Positions 1 to 9,015 of a stretch of 64,000 bases of DNA are shown here, one piece after another; position 1 is the stretch's first letter, and each line of letters begins with the position of its first letter. Under the pieces are notes generated by a model. It worked only from the letters and a program-made list of their open reading frames with translations, did not search any database and was not told the origin of the DNA. The position numbers and the translations under genes are program-made. The DNA comes from an uncultured Chloroflexia bacterium (lineage in GTDB: Bacteria > Chloroflexota > Chloroflexia > Chloroflexales > Herpetosiphonaceae), in assembly GCA_963767035.1 (NCBI GenBank), contig CAVYBW010000001.1, positions 2,182,547-2,246,546 of the forward strand, written 5' to 3'.

Positions 1-1348
1 GGGTTACCAATTCGCTAGGATCTTTAATAATATCAATCACAACCAAGGTCAAGTCATCAGCTTGGCGCGCGGTTCCACGAAATTTATCAACATCGACACA
101 ATAGGCATCAATCAAACTAGCAGTATTTTCGGCTTCCAGCTCGCGCACCGCCAAGCACCAGCGATCAAAACTATACAACTCTCGTTGCTTGTTCATGGTT
201 TCAATCACGCCATCGGTATAGACCACCAAGCGATCATGGGCTTGCAATTGGATGGTTTGCTCGGCATAAGGAAAGTTGCGAATCGAGCGCAGCGGCGTGC
301 CAAAGGCCTCTAATTCTTGAATAGCGCCATTGCGCCGCAACAGCGGAAACGGGTGGCCAGCATTGGCAAAACGCAATTGATGATTGCGCAAATTCAGCAC
401 CCCATACCACACCGTCATCATCTGATTAACCGCATCATCGGCGTGTAAAATTGCATTGACATGGCGCAAAACATGGCCAGGATTGCGGGAACGGCGGGCT
501 TCGCTGCGAATAATCGAGCGCGTCATCGCCATCACCATCGCAGCGGCAACGCTTTTGCCAGTCGCATCGCCCACAACAATTGCAATCTCATCATCATTCA
601 AACGAATCAGATCATACAAATCGCCGCTGGTTTCAAGCGCTGGCTGGACCGAAGCGCCAATGTCGAGGCATTCGCTGTAGTGTTGCGGTTTGGGGTAGAG
701 ATCCTGTTGCAAATTGCGCGCAATCGCCAATTCCTGACGAATCAGCGTATCTTGCATTAATTGCTGACGAGCTTCTTGGAGCGAGAGCATTGAGTTATCA
801 AGCGTCCGTTGGTAGAGCCAAGCAATTGCTGTAATTACTACAAAAAAGCTCAATATCGGTAGTAGATCAGCAATCCAAACAAAGTTTGGTTGATAGATGA
901 GGTAAAAAATAATTGATATATTGACAAAGAAAGCAATAAGCGCTGACTTATAACTTACTAAAAATGTAAATAGCATAATACAGATACTACACATATACAT
1001 AAATAAATTAACAGAACTACTATTATTTAATACTGATAATGCCATAAACATTAAATTTGAATATGAGCAAAATATAATATATGGTTTATTATTATTAACT
1101 TTTTTACTTATATATTTTATAAATAAAAAATAGCCCATATCAATAGCCAATATCAATATTGGCATAAATCGCATCTTTTGCTCAACAATTGATGATATAA
1201 AAACTAATCCTATAAAGAATAAATGAATGTAGATAACAACATTAATTATAGTATTAAAAAAAACAGATTTTCTTACAGAATCTGTTTGAATTTCAATATT
1301 CTTACTATTTGCAATATCAATTAAGCTCATAAAGATTTTTTCGGCCAT
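1..1348 (-). CDS. PP2C/SpoIIE-family Ser/Thr phosphatase with N-terminal multi-TM domain. 5' end of gene is in window; 3' end runs off the window edge
   Basis: Manual translation of the minus strand from ATG at 1348: five or six hydrophobic segments, then a PP2C catalytic region (GDATGKSVAAAMVM, ANAGHP, YTDGVIE, ADDLTLVVI). Missing from the ORF track because no stop lies inside the window. Confidence 0.8.
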   Translation of the reverse strand, partial: MAEKIFMSLIDIANSKNIEIQTDSVRKSVFFNTIINVVIYIHLFFIGLVFISSIVEQKMRFMPILILAIDMGYFLFIKYISKKVNNNKPYIIFCSYSNLMFMALSVLNNSSSVNLFMYMCSICIMLFTFLVSYKSALIAFFVNISIIFYLIYQPNFVWIADLLPILSFFVVITAIAWLYQRTLDNSMLSLQEARQQLMQDTLIRQELAIARNLQQDLYPKPQHYSECLDIGASVQPALETSGDLYDLIRLNDDEIAIVVGDATGKSVAAAMVMAMTRSIIRSEARRSRNPGHVLRHVNAILHADDAVNQMMTVWYGVLNLRNHQLRFANAGHPFPLLRRNGAIQELEAFGTPLRSIRNFPYAEQTIQLQAHDRLVVYTDGVIETMNKQRELYSFDRWCLAVRELEAENTASLIDAYCVDVDKFRGTARQADDLTLVVIDIIKDPSELVT

Positions 1349-1379
1349 AATACTAGATATATTATGGCCGGATTCTAAA

Positions 1380-1595
1380 TTAGTTAAACCAAGCTGATTT
1401 GGCTAAGGTTCCCGAGCCTTGAAAATTAGCGGCAGATGCTTCAACCTGTTTCAGTTCGTCATCAGTTAAGTCAAACCCATATTCTTTAAGCGTTTCGGCA
1501 ATATCGTTACTATCCAACAATGCTTGACGGAAGGCTTCGTCCGAGGTGGCTTGATCGATCAGGCGTTGGAATTCAGCGCTATAGTTTGAACTCAT
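1380..1595 (-). CDS. Small Nif11/NHLP-like (RiPP leader-type) domain protein, 71 aa
   Basis: SDEAFRQALLDSNDIAETLKEYGFDLTDDEL matches the Nif11 / nitrile-hydratase-leader-peptide signature. GGAGG RBS before the ATG; -10-like TATAAT at about 1632-1637 on the minus strand. Confidence 0.55.
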   Translation of the reverse strand: MSSNYSAEFQRLIDQATSDEAFRQALLDSNDIAETLKEYGFDLTDDELKQVEASAANFQGSGTLAKSAWFN

Positions 1596-1760
1596 ACGGA
1601 TTCCTCCAGGGTAGGATGTTGGATGACCATCATTATATAAAGATCTTGAATATTAGCAATAGGTTATCCGTTCAAGTCAATCTTACAGTTCAACCAAACC
1701 CTCAGCTACATCAGGCGATGTATCTTTGGGTACAATCAGCTGTTGGTTATGTTGAGTATA

Positions 1761-2381
1761 TTAATGCTTGAGTGTCGCGAGAATATAGTTAATCAGATCG
1801 CGGTCGCGATCATCAAGTCCAGTCATCAAGCGGTGGGCTGCACGTTCGCCAGCCCAAATTTGCTCAACTGCCGCGCTGAGCTGCCAGCCAAGGCTCTCAA
1901 GGTCAGCCAAGGTCAAGCGCAATTCGGCGCGCGGTAGCACAGGATCGTGAGTTGCTGCTACAATAGCATCAAGCAAACTTGTAAAATCTTCGAGATCCAT
2001 TCCACCGCCAGCATCGCTCTGTTTGGCTACCAGCATTTGAATGCTTAGCAATAGCTCACCAATTTGGTCTTGCTCATGGCGCTCTAGCCGATCGTACAAG
2101 ACCTGAATTTGGGCTTGATCGTTATTCAGCACTGCTTCACGTAAATCGATCGGCAATTGCTCGATCAATTGTTCAAGCGTTGGGGCTTCGGCATAGCTAT
2201 CAAGCGCCTGTTCAATCTGGAGTTGCTGAAACTGCTCAAGTTGCTCGGCAACCAGACTTTGTTGCTCGACTGGCATGGCTGCAAAGGCCGCTTCAAACGC
2301 CACAGGATCGCCGCTTTCAAGCGCTTGAAGTACAGCTGAGGGTAAACTGGCAAGCAATCCACGTAGTTCGGTGGTATCCAT
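1761..2381 (-). CDS. Hypothetical acidic Gln/Leu-rich protein
   Basis: Long ORF with an AGGAGG RBS upstream; no recognisable motif. Confidence 0.5.
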   Translation of the reverse strand: MDTTELRGLLASLPSAVLQALESGDPVAFEAAFAAMPVEQQSLVAEQLEQFQQLQIEQALDSYAEAPTLEQLIEQLPIDLREAVLNNDQAQIQVLYDRLERHEQDQIGELLLSIQMLVAKQSDAGGGMDLEDFTSLLDAIVAATHDPVLPRAELRLTLADLESLGWQLSAAVEQIWAGERAAHRLMTGLDDRDRDLINYILATLKH

Positions 2382-2429
2382 AACTGCCTCCTTTGCAGCT
2401 ATCGTATCACAGAAGTTAGGGGGACATTC

Positions 2430-3128
2430 ATGGGTCGTTTCGTTCGTTGGCTGGTGTTTCGCCTCTTACGTTTGTACTACCCACGCATCGCCGTCGAAGG
2501 ATTAGAGCAGTTGCCGCGTGGTCGGGTGATGTTTGTGCTCAACCATCCCAATGGCTTGCTCGACCCATTGTTGTTGATGTTGATTCTCGGCCAGCCGGTA
2601 GCATTTTTGGCCAAAAATACCTTTTTCAATAATCCAATTGGCCGTTGGATGATGCAAACTTTTGGCGCCTTGCCAATCTATCGCCAACGCGATGCCGCTG
2701 AAGGCAGCAACACTCGTGATCAGAATGAGCAAACCTTTGCTCGCTGCCGCCAACTATTAGCCGATCAGCATCATTTAGCCTTGTTTCCCGAAGGCACCTC
2801 GCATTCCGAGGCCTATTTGCTGCCGTTGCGCTCAGGCGCAGCTCGAATTGCTCTGGGAGCCGAGGCTGAGCACAATTGGCAACTCGATTTAAATATCGTG
2901 CCAATTGGCTTGTGGTATGAAGATAAACATATTTTTCGTTCTTCTGTGCTCTTATTAGTTGGCAAACCAATTAACGTTAACCAGTTTCAACACGCCGAAG
3001 CCGAGCGTGAACAAGCAGTTGCCGCTTTGACTCGCACGCATGGCCGAACATTTAGGCGGCGTGGTGTTTCAGGCCGGCAATGCCGAATTATTGCGTGGCC
3101 TGCCAGTGATGGTCGGTTGGACGGTTGA
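2430..3128 (+). CDS. Lysophospholipid (1-acyl-sn-glycerol-3-phosphate) acyltransferase, PlsC family
   Basis: NHPNGLLDP (HX4D) and FPEGTS acyltransferase motifs. Confidence 0.75.
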   Translation: MGRFVRWLVFRLLRLYYPRIAVEGLEQLPRGRVMFVLNHPNGLLDPLLLMLILGQPVAFLAKNTFFNNPIGRWMMQTFGALPIYRQRDAAEGSNTRDQNEQTFARCRQLLADQHHLALFPEGTSHSEAYLLPLRSGAARIALGAEAEHNWQLDLNIVPIGLWYEDKHIFRSSVLLLVGKPINVNQFQHAEAEREQAVAALTRTHGRTFRRRGVSGRQCRIIAWPASDGRLDG

Positions 3129-3723
3129 TCGCTTGCGGCGCAAACGCCCAAGTGGCCGCGAAGCCTATACCTCGTTGACCCCGACCGAACGGGTACACTT
3201 AGCGACATTGGCAGCCAAAGCCCAGCGCTATGCGCGCACGCTGCGACTTTTGGGCATTGCCGACCCATGGGCACCACAATTGCCTTTGGCGACCCGCTGG
3301 CGCTTTTGGCGCAAATTTCTGTGGACACTGCTGGCCTTTATTCCAGCGGCATGTGGCATTGTGCTGAGCTACCCAATGTATCGGCTCAGCGGCATTATCG
3401 CCACCCGCATGACCAAAGAACTAGAGGTATTGAGCACCATTAAGTTGATTGCTGGCATCGTGTTGCAACCAATTGGCTGGATTGTGAGTAGCCTGATCAT
3501 CGGTTTGTTCACAACATGGCAAGCTGGTTTGATTGTGTTATTACTGGCCCCGTTATTTGGCTTTATTGCCCTGCGTTGGAGCGAACGCTGGCGAGCAGTG
3601 CGTGAAGCGACCGCTGCCTCGTGGTTGCGCCTGACCCAACCCGACCTCACAACTCAACTGTTGCAACGCCGCCGCGATCTTGGCGAGCAAATTTCCAATA
3701 CCATTTTGAGCTTAAACGATTAA
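3040..3723 (+). CDS. Membrane protein. Possibly the C-terminal extension of the preceding acyltransferase after a frame change
   Basis: Overlaps the previous ORF by 89 nt in another frame and has no RBS. Contains several TM helices. Confidence 0.4.
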   Translation: MAEHLGGVVFQAGNAELLRGLPVMVGWTVDRLRRKRPSGREAYTSLTPTERVHLATLAAKAQRYARTLRLLGIADPWAPQLPLATRWRFWRKFLWTLLAFIPAACGIVLSYPMYRLSGIIATRMTKELEVLSTIKLIAGIVLQPIGWIVSSLIIGLFTTWQAGLIVLLLAPLFGFIALRWSERWRAVREATAASWLRLTQPDLTTQLLQRRRDLGEQISNTILSLND

Positions 3724-3765
3724 TCAAAAGCCCCGCAGGACAAAGTTTATCCTGCGGGGCCGCAT

Positions 3766-4686
3766 TTAAATTAATTCGACAGCTTGCGGATTGCGCTCAA
3801 AAAACAGTTTCAAGCCACGCACGCTCATTGATAAATTGCCCCATAACACCAGATTCAGCGCTGGCGAAACCGACTCGTTGGCGGGCGAAGCACGCTCAAC
3901 AATCGCCTCGACTGGCAATTCAGTCAAGTGCAAATGGTCACGCACATCGCGCACAATTTTTACCAAGCGCTCATGCATTTCTTCGATTGCCAAGGCTGGC
4001 GGCGCGACCGTTGGGCCAAAGTGCGAGGGCAACAATTGACGAATTGGATAGGCTACCAAGGTTTTGAAGGCTTGCAGCTGATCGGCCAAATTGAAGGCTG
4101 GTGGCGGCGTAACGGGCATATTGAGATTAAACGTGCTCATCAAAATGCCAATTGCATCGCCAGCCCACATTGTGCCAGAGTTCGCTTCCCAAAACGCCAG
4201 ATGATCGGGCGAGTGGCCTGGTGTTGGTACCGCCTGTAACACAATGCCCTTGCCAAGATTCAGGTTTAAGTTCTCGGCGGCTACAACCCGCTCGGCGGCA
4301 ATCGGCAGCATCGTGCCATAGACTTGCCACATCGGGCCGACTGCACGTTCGACGCTCCGCATCAAGCGGCTTGGCTCGACCACATGTTCAGCCGTCATCG
4401 AGTGTAAATAGACTTTGGCATTGGGCAAATGTTGGGCCAAAATCCCCGCACCGCCACTGTGATCCATGTGAACGTGAGTTAAGAGGATATGCTCAACCGC
4501 TGCGGGGTCGATGCCCAACTGCTGCAAACCGGCCAAGCTTGCTTCAGCGGTTAATGATGTACCAGTTTCGATTAAGGCAACCTGATCGCCTTGTACCACA
4601 TAGGTTGCGCCAAAACCATCGGTTGTGAGCAAGCCATTATCGATCATCGCGATCTGATCGCTCAGTTGAGTTAGCGGAACTTGCAT
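3766..4686 (-). CDS. MBL-fold metallo-hydrolase
   Basis: HVHMDHSGG (HxHxDH) metal-binding motif. Confidence 0.8.
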   Translation of the reverse strand: MQVPLTQLSDQIAMIDNGLLTTDGFGATYVVQGDQVALIETGTSLTAEASLAGLQQLGIDPAAVEHILLTHVHMDHSGGAGILAQHLPNAKVYLHSMTAEHVVEPSRLMRSVERAVGPMWQVYGTMLPIAAERVVAAENLNLNLGKGIVLQAVPTPGHSPDHLAFWEANSGTMWAGDAIGILMSTFNLNMPVTPPPAFNLADQLQAFKTLVAYPIRQLLPSHFGPTVAPPALAIEEMHERLVKIVRDVRDHLHLTELPVEAIVERASPANESVSPALNLVLWGNLSMSVRGLKLFFERNPQAVELI

Positions 4687-4799
4687 CGTTGCACTCCGTT
4701 TGCGCTACAAAATTAATTCACAACCATTTTACCTGATTCAGTCGCGAGCGTCATGGTGATATCGACAATAATCTATTGTTAGGATTTACCAGATACAAT

Positions 4800-4829
4800 T
4801 TGACATGGTTCGGACGGTCAGGCTATAAT
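4800..4829 (+). promoter_or_regulatory. Sigma70-type promoter for the rpmH operon (TTGACA-18-TATAAT)
   Basis: TTGACA at 4800-4805 and TATAAT at 4824-4829, about 100 nt upstream of the rpmH ATG. The leader contains the hairpin AGCGCG-AGCA-CGCGCT followed by TTTTG. Confidence 0.55.
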
Positions 4830-4935
4830 AGATAAGCTACAGCGCGTCCATGGCGGCGTGCTATCAATTTTGTCTTATCTATACAGAAGCGCGAGCACGC
4901 GCTTTTGTTTCGTCTGACACCGGAGGATTCGCACA

Positions 4936-5112
4936 ATGCCAAAACGAACTTGGCAACCAAAACGCATCAAGCGCCGCCGTGTTCACGGTTTCTTGGAGCG
5001 CATGCAAACTCGCACAGGCCGCGCCGTTTTGAAAGCACGTCGACAACGTGGCCGCTGGAAGTTAACCGTGAGCGACAAGCGCCGACCAGCAGGCCCAGGC
5101 GGTCATCGCTAA
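4936..5112 (+). CDS. rpmH: 50S ribosomal protein L34
   Basis: Manual translation gives [36 protein letters not shown]... (58 aa, below the ORF-track cutoff). GGAGG RBS. Confidence 0.9.
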   Translation: MPKRTWQPKRIKRRRVHGFLERMQTRTGRAVLKARRQRGRWKLTVSDKRRPAGPGGHR

Positions 5113-5115
5113 ACA

Positions 5116-5487
5116 ATGCAACGTTCACAGCGCCTTCGCTCGCCACGCGATTTTCGCCGTGTTCGCGAAGGCGGTCGTACATGGTCACATCCACTCTTGG
5201 TATTGAGCGTCGCACCAGCGCGGGCCAATCGCGTTCGTTGTGGGATTGTGGTTCGCAAAGCGCTGGGCACAGCCGTCGAACGCAATCGCTACAAACGGCG
5301 AGTGCGAGAAGCTACCCGTTTGATCTATGATCAAATTCGCCCAGGGTGGGATGTGATTTTTATTGTACGAGCGGGATTTCGCACAGCGGCCTGGGAGCAA
5401 ATTCAGCAGGCCGTTTCGCGTTTACTGCAACAAGCACAGCTATGGCATGATCGTGAACAACCATCACAGGAAGATCGCCATGGGTAA
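5116..5487 (+). CDS. rnpA: Ribonuclease P protein component
   Basis: Basic protein immediately after rpmH, in the conserved operon context. Confidence 0.85.
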   Translation: MQRSQRLRSPRDFRRVREGGRTWSHPLLVLSVAPARANRVRCGIVVRKALGTAVERNRYKRRVREATRLIYDQIRPGWDVIFIVRAGFRTAAWEQIQQAVSRLLQQAQLWHDREQPSQEDRHG

Positions 5488-5686
5488 GATATTATTGGCA
5501 CTGATTCGCTTGTACCAGCGTTTTTCGCGATATACACCACCAAGTTGTATCTATACGCCAACCTGTTCCCACTATGGCTATCAAGCTATCGCGAAATATG
5601 GGGCATTCAAAGGTACATGGTTGACACTGAAACGGATCGCCCGTTGCCATCCATGGGCACAGGGTGGTGAAGACCCTGTTCCATAA
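5480..5686 (+). CDS. yidD: Membrane protein insertion efficiency factor YidD
   Basis: [41 protein letters not shown] matches the YidD signature. The ATG overlaps the rnpA stop. Confidence 0.85.
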   Translation: MGKILLALIRLYQRFSRYTPPSCIYTPTCSHYGYQAIAKYGAFKGTWLTLKRIARCHPWAQGGEDPVP

Positions 5687-5731
5687 GCTGGCACAGGGTT
5701 TTTTGCTATGACAACGTAGGAATATACAGCT

Positions 5732-6673
5732 ATGAATTTTCTAGGTCCAATCTTTTTACCATTTCTCGAATGGCTGTTCCATCTGTTTGGCAACTTGGGG
5801 TGGGCAATTATCGCCTTTACGATTTTAGTTCGTTTAGGTATGTTGCCGCTCACGCTTAAGCAATTACGTTCACAACGCAAAATTATGGTTATTCAACCAA
5901 AATTGCGTGAGTTGCAACGGAAATATAGCAAAGATCGCGAAAAGCTAACCCAAGAAACCATGAAACTCTATCGTGAGCATGGAGCAAACCCGGTCGGTGG
6001 CTGTTTACCACTCTTGATCTCGTTGCCAATTCTGTTTGGGGTATGGCAAGCAATTCAGCTCTTTGGCACCCAAGTTCAAACAACTGCCGCACAAGTGCAG
6101 TTTTTGTGGTTGCCACGGCTGACCCCATTGGTCAACGAAGCAGGCCAAGCAATTGCTGGTAGCGCCAAAGATCCCTATTATATTTTGCCAATCTTGGCGG
6201 TTGGCTTTCAATTCATCACAACCTTGATGGCGATGCAACGCAACCCAGACCCACAGCAAGCCTCAATGAACAAAGTGATGATGTTTATGCCATTTATCTT
6301 TGGCTTTATCTACTTCCAGTTTCCCGCAGGCGCAACCTTGTATTCGGTGACTGGCTCGTTGATTCAAATGGTGCAACAATATTTCACCTCGGGCTTTGGC
6401 TTGCTTTCAAAATATTTGCCGTTTTTGCCCGAAAAAACCGGTTTTCTGCACCAACCCTTGCCAGAATCGGCTACAATCACGATTGAAGAACCAGAAAGCC
6501 CAAGTGATCAGCCCCAACGCCGCGATTTTTGGACTGCGCTTGGCAAACTAGAACCTGTTACTGATGTCAGCGCCGCTGGTGCTACCGCCGATAGTGGTAG
6601 CAGCGATATCGTAACTGAACAAGCAATTGAAGATGTTAAGGCGCAGCTTGGCAAGCCGAAAAAACGGCGCTAG
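5732..6673 (+). CDS. yidC: Membrane protein insertase YidC/Oxa1
   Basis: Multi-TM protein with the YidC core, in the conserved rpmH-rnpA-yidD-yidC-jag order. Confidence 0.9.
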   Translation: MNFLGPIFLPFLEWLFHLFGNLGWAIIAFTILVRLGMLPLTLKQLRSQRKIMVIQPKLRELQRKYSKDREKLTQETMKLYREHGANPVGGCLPLLISLPILFGVWQAIQLFGTQVQTTAAQVQFLWLPRLTPLVNEAGQAIAGSAKDPYYILPILAVGFQFITTLMAMQRNPDPQQASMNKVMMFMPFIFGFIYFQFPAGATLYSVTGSLIQMVQQYFTSGFGLLSKYLPFLPEKTGFLHQPLPESATITIEEPESPSDQPQRRDFWTALGKLEPVTDVSAAGATADSGSSDIVTEQAIEDVKAQLGKPKKRR

Positions 6674-6706
6674 TCTCGGCTTATAATTCGGAGGAACGTG
6701 TAGGAC

Positions 6707-7429
6707 ATGGCGTTGCAAAAAGTTGAAGTACGCGCAGCAAGCGTGGCCGAGGCCGTGGCTCAAGCCCTCGCCCAACTCGGCAAAGATGAAGATGAAGCTC
6801 TGATCGAGGTTTTAGCGCAAACCGCTGATTCAGCCCTTGTCCGCGTCAGCGTCGATGATGATGAGGATGAGTTGCTGGCTGAATATGGCGATGAAGACGA
6901 TGAGGAACAACCCAAACGTCGTCGCCGCCGTGTAGCTAGCACCGATGAGCAAACCGTGGCGCTCGCCCGTGAGTTGCTCGAGGCGTTGCTCACCCGCATG
7001 AACATCGATGCCTTTGTAACGCCAGTTGTACAGAAGGCTAAAGGCTCCGATGAAGATGAAGATACGCTAACCTTGCACATCGAGGGTGTCGATGAAGAAA
7101 CCACTGGCCTGATGATTGGCCGCCGTGGCGAAACCTTGCGCTCATTGCAATATCTGCTGAATGTCTTGATTCATCGCCAAACTGGGCGCTGGTCACAAGT
7201 GGTCATCGATATTGGCCAATATCGCCAACGTCGCCAAGATTCGCTTGAAGGCTTGGCCTTGCGCATGGCCGAACGGGTTCGCCAATCAGGCCGACCGATG
7301 CCCTTAGAGCCAATGAGTTCATTCGAACGCCGCATCATTCATATGGCGCTGCGCGAAGATCCGTCAGTCTATACCGAAAGTGCTGGCGAAGGTGAGCATC
7401 GAAAAATTGTTATTTATCCAAAACGTTAA
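6707..7429 (+). CDS. jag: Jag/KhpB RNA-binding protein (KH plus R3H)
   Basis: C-terminal R3H motif (FERRIIHMAL) and an acidic linker; located downstream of yidC. Confidence 0.85.
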   Translation: MALQKVEVRAASVAEAVAQALAQLGKDEDEALIEVLAQTADSALVRVSVDDDEDELLAEYGDEDDEEQPKRRRRRVASTDEQTVALARELLEALLTRMNIDAFVTPVVQKAKGSDEDEDTLTLHIEGVDEETTGLMIGRRGETLRSLQYLLNVLIHRQTGRWSQVVIDIGQYRQRRQDSLEGLALRMAERVRQSGRPMPLEPMSSFERRIIHMALREDPSVYTESAGEGEHRKIVIYPKR

Positions 7430-7500
7430 TCAATGGCGATTAGCGCTGGTGTTCAGCGGGTGTTGCTCTCAACATCCGCTGTCACGTATCTAAGGAGTCG

Positions 7501-8487
7501 ATGATGATTCCCTTAACGAACTTGCCTGCCACTGTCAGCATCCGCGAAGTTGGCCCCCGCGATGGCTTGCAAAACGAGGATCGCATCCTCACCACCGAAC
7601 AAAAAATCCTGTTAATCAATGCACTCAATAATTCTGGCTTGCGCCAAATCGAAGTTGGTTCGTTCGTCAACCCGCGCTATGTGCCCCAAATGGCCGATAC
7701 CGCCGAGGTTTTCGCGCGCATCGAGCGCCGCCCCGATGTAATTTATAGTGCAATTGCGCCCAATTTACGTGGTGCGCAACGAGCAATCGAAGCCCGCGCT
7801 GATTCGGTTCAGGTCTTTTTGAGTGCGTCCGAAAGTCATAATCAAAGCAATGTGCGCATGAGCATCAACGAATCGCTGGCTGCTGCCGCCGATATTGCCC
7901 TAGCGCTCAAAGATGCCCAGATTGAATTTGAGGCTGTGCTTTCGGTAGTTTTTGGCTGTCCCTTCGAAAACGATGTGCCGATTGAGCGCGTTGTGACGAT
8001 GACTGAGCGGCTATTGGCGCTCGGCGCAAGCCAAATTACGCTTGGCGATACCACGGGCATGGCTCACCCACGATTGGTACAGGCGGTCGTGCTAGCATTG
8101 CGTGAGCGCTTTCCGCATGCGCCCTTGCGTATGCACCCGCATAGCGCCCGTGGAGCTGGTTTGGCCAATGTGCTCGCCGCGCTCGAAGTAGGCATTGATC
8201 GGATTGATGCCAGCATTGGCGGAATTGGTGGTTGCCCATTCGCCCCAGGCGCGCCAGGCAATATTTGCACCGAAGATACCGTGCATATGCTGCACGAAAT
8301 GGGCATAGATACGGGCTTAGATATCCCCAAATTGGTGTCGTGTGCCAAATTGATCGAAAGCTTGCTTGGCCATGAATTGCCAGGCCAAGTGATCAAAGGT
8401 GGCATTTGCGGCCATATTCCTGGTGGCAAGATGCGGCCATGGAATGCCGCCGAAGTGCTTGGCGAGCAAACCAGCCGCACGGTTTAA
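7501..8487 (+). CDS. Hydroxymethylglutaryl-CoA lyase family protein
   Basis: HMGL-like TIM-barrel motifs (EVGPRDGLQNE, GDTTGMAHP, GGCPFAPG). Confidence 0.85.
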   Translation: MMIPLTNLPATVSIREVGPRDGLQNEDRILTTEQKILLINALNNSGLRQIEVGSFVNPRYVPQMADTAEVFARIERRPDVIYSAIAPNLRGAQRAIEARADSVQVFLSASESHNQSNVRMSINESLAAAADIALALKDAQIEFEAVLSVVFGCPFENDVPIERVVTMTERLLALGASQITLGDTTGMAHPRLVQAVVLALRERFPHAPLRMHPHSARGAGLANVLAALEVGIDRIDASIGGIGGCPFAPGAPGNICTEDTVHMLHEMGIDTGLDIPKLVSCAKLIESLLGHELPGQVIKGGICGHIPGGKMRPWNAAEVLGEQTSRTV

Positions 8488-8504
8488 ATTCAGAGGCGAG
8501 TGCA

Positions 8505-8542
8505 TCACCCTAATCTCGCTCCCTTTCAAGGGTGGTTTTTAA
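8505..8542 (+). terminator. Hairpin CACCCT-17nt-AGGGTG followed by TTTTTA, directly after the HMGL-like gene
   Basis: Inverted repeat followed by a T-run, 20 nt after the stop codon. Confidence 0.4.
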
Positions 8543-9015
8543 CGAATCATTGCCAGCAGCATGGATCGTGAGCACCACCCTTCCGTCCCGCCTCAAGGCA
8601 GGAAATGCAGGGAGCTTTAATCCGTTCATTCACTAAAATACATGGGGTGGCGATCAATCGTCCCACAATGAACTGGTCATCGCTCGGTTCATCGTCGAGG
8701 AAGCTTAAAACCACCCCTTGTAAGAACCCTTCTCCCACTGCGGCGGGAGAGGGGCTTTTGTTGATTTCTCGAATCATCACAGCAACAATCGCGCTGCTTA
8801 AAGTAATTGAATGAATTAACGGTTGCAGCAATAGCCCTTCAGCCAGCAGCTTACCCCATTGGCTACCCTCACTTGCGACACAAAAACCCTACGAATCATT
8901 ATAGGAGCTTGCAAAAAGGCCTATCACAGGGCGGACTGATAGACCATATCCAGTCATACACTATCGGGGCTATGCTGCTTGCATTCAAACCGTTAATTCA
9001 TAAGGGGTTGCCAGC

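Noticed and set aside
62-834. Several plus-strand ORFs (62..313, 456..680, 461..760, 580..834) at the start of the window
   Set aside because: They lie antisense to a well-supported PP2C phosphatase gene on the minus strand. They have no RBS and no recognisable motifs, so they are spurious.
4687-4935. Possible oriC or DnaA boxes upstream of rpmH
   Set aside because: rpmH-rnpA often flanks dnaA/oriC. However no TTATCCACA-like boxes, AT-rich DUE or dnaA gene are present, and the upstream neighbour is an MBL hydrolase.
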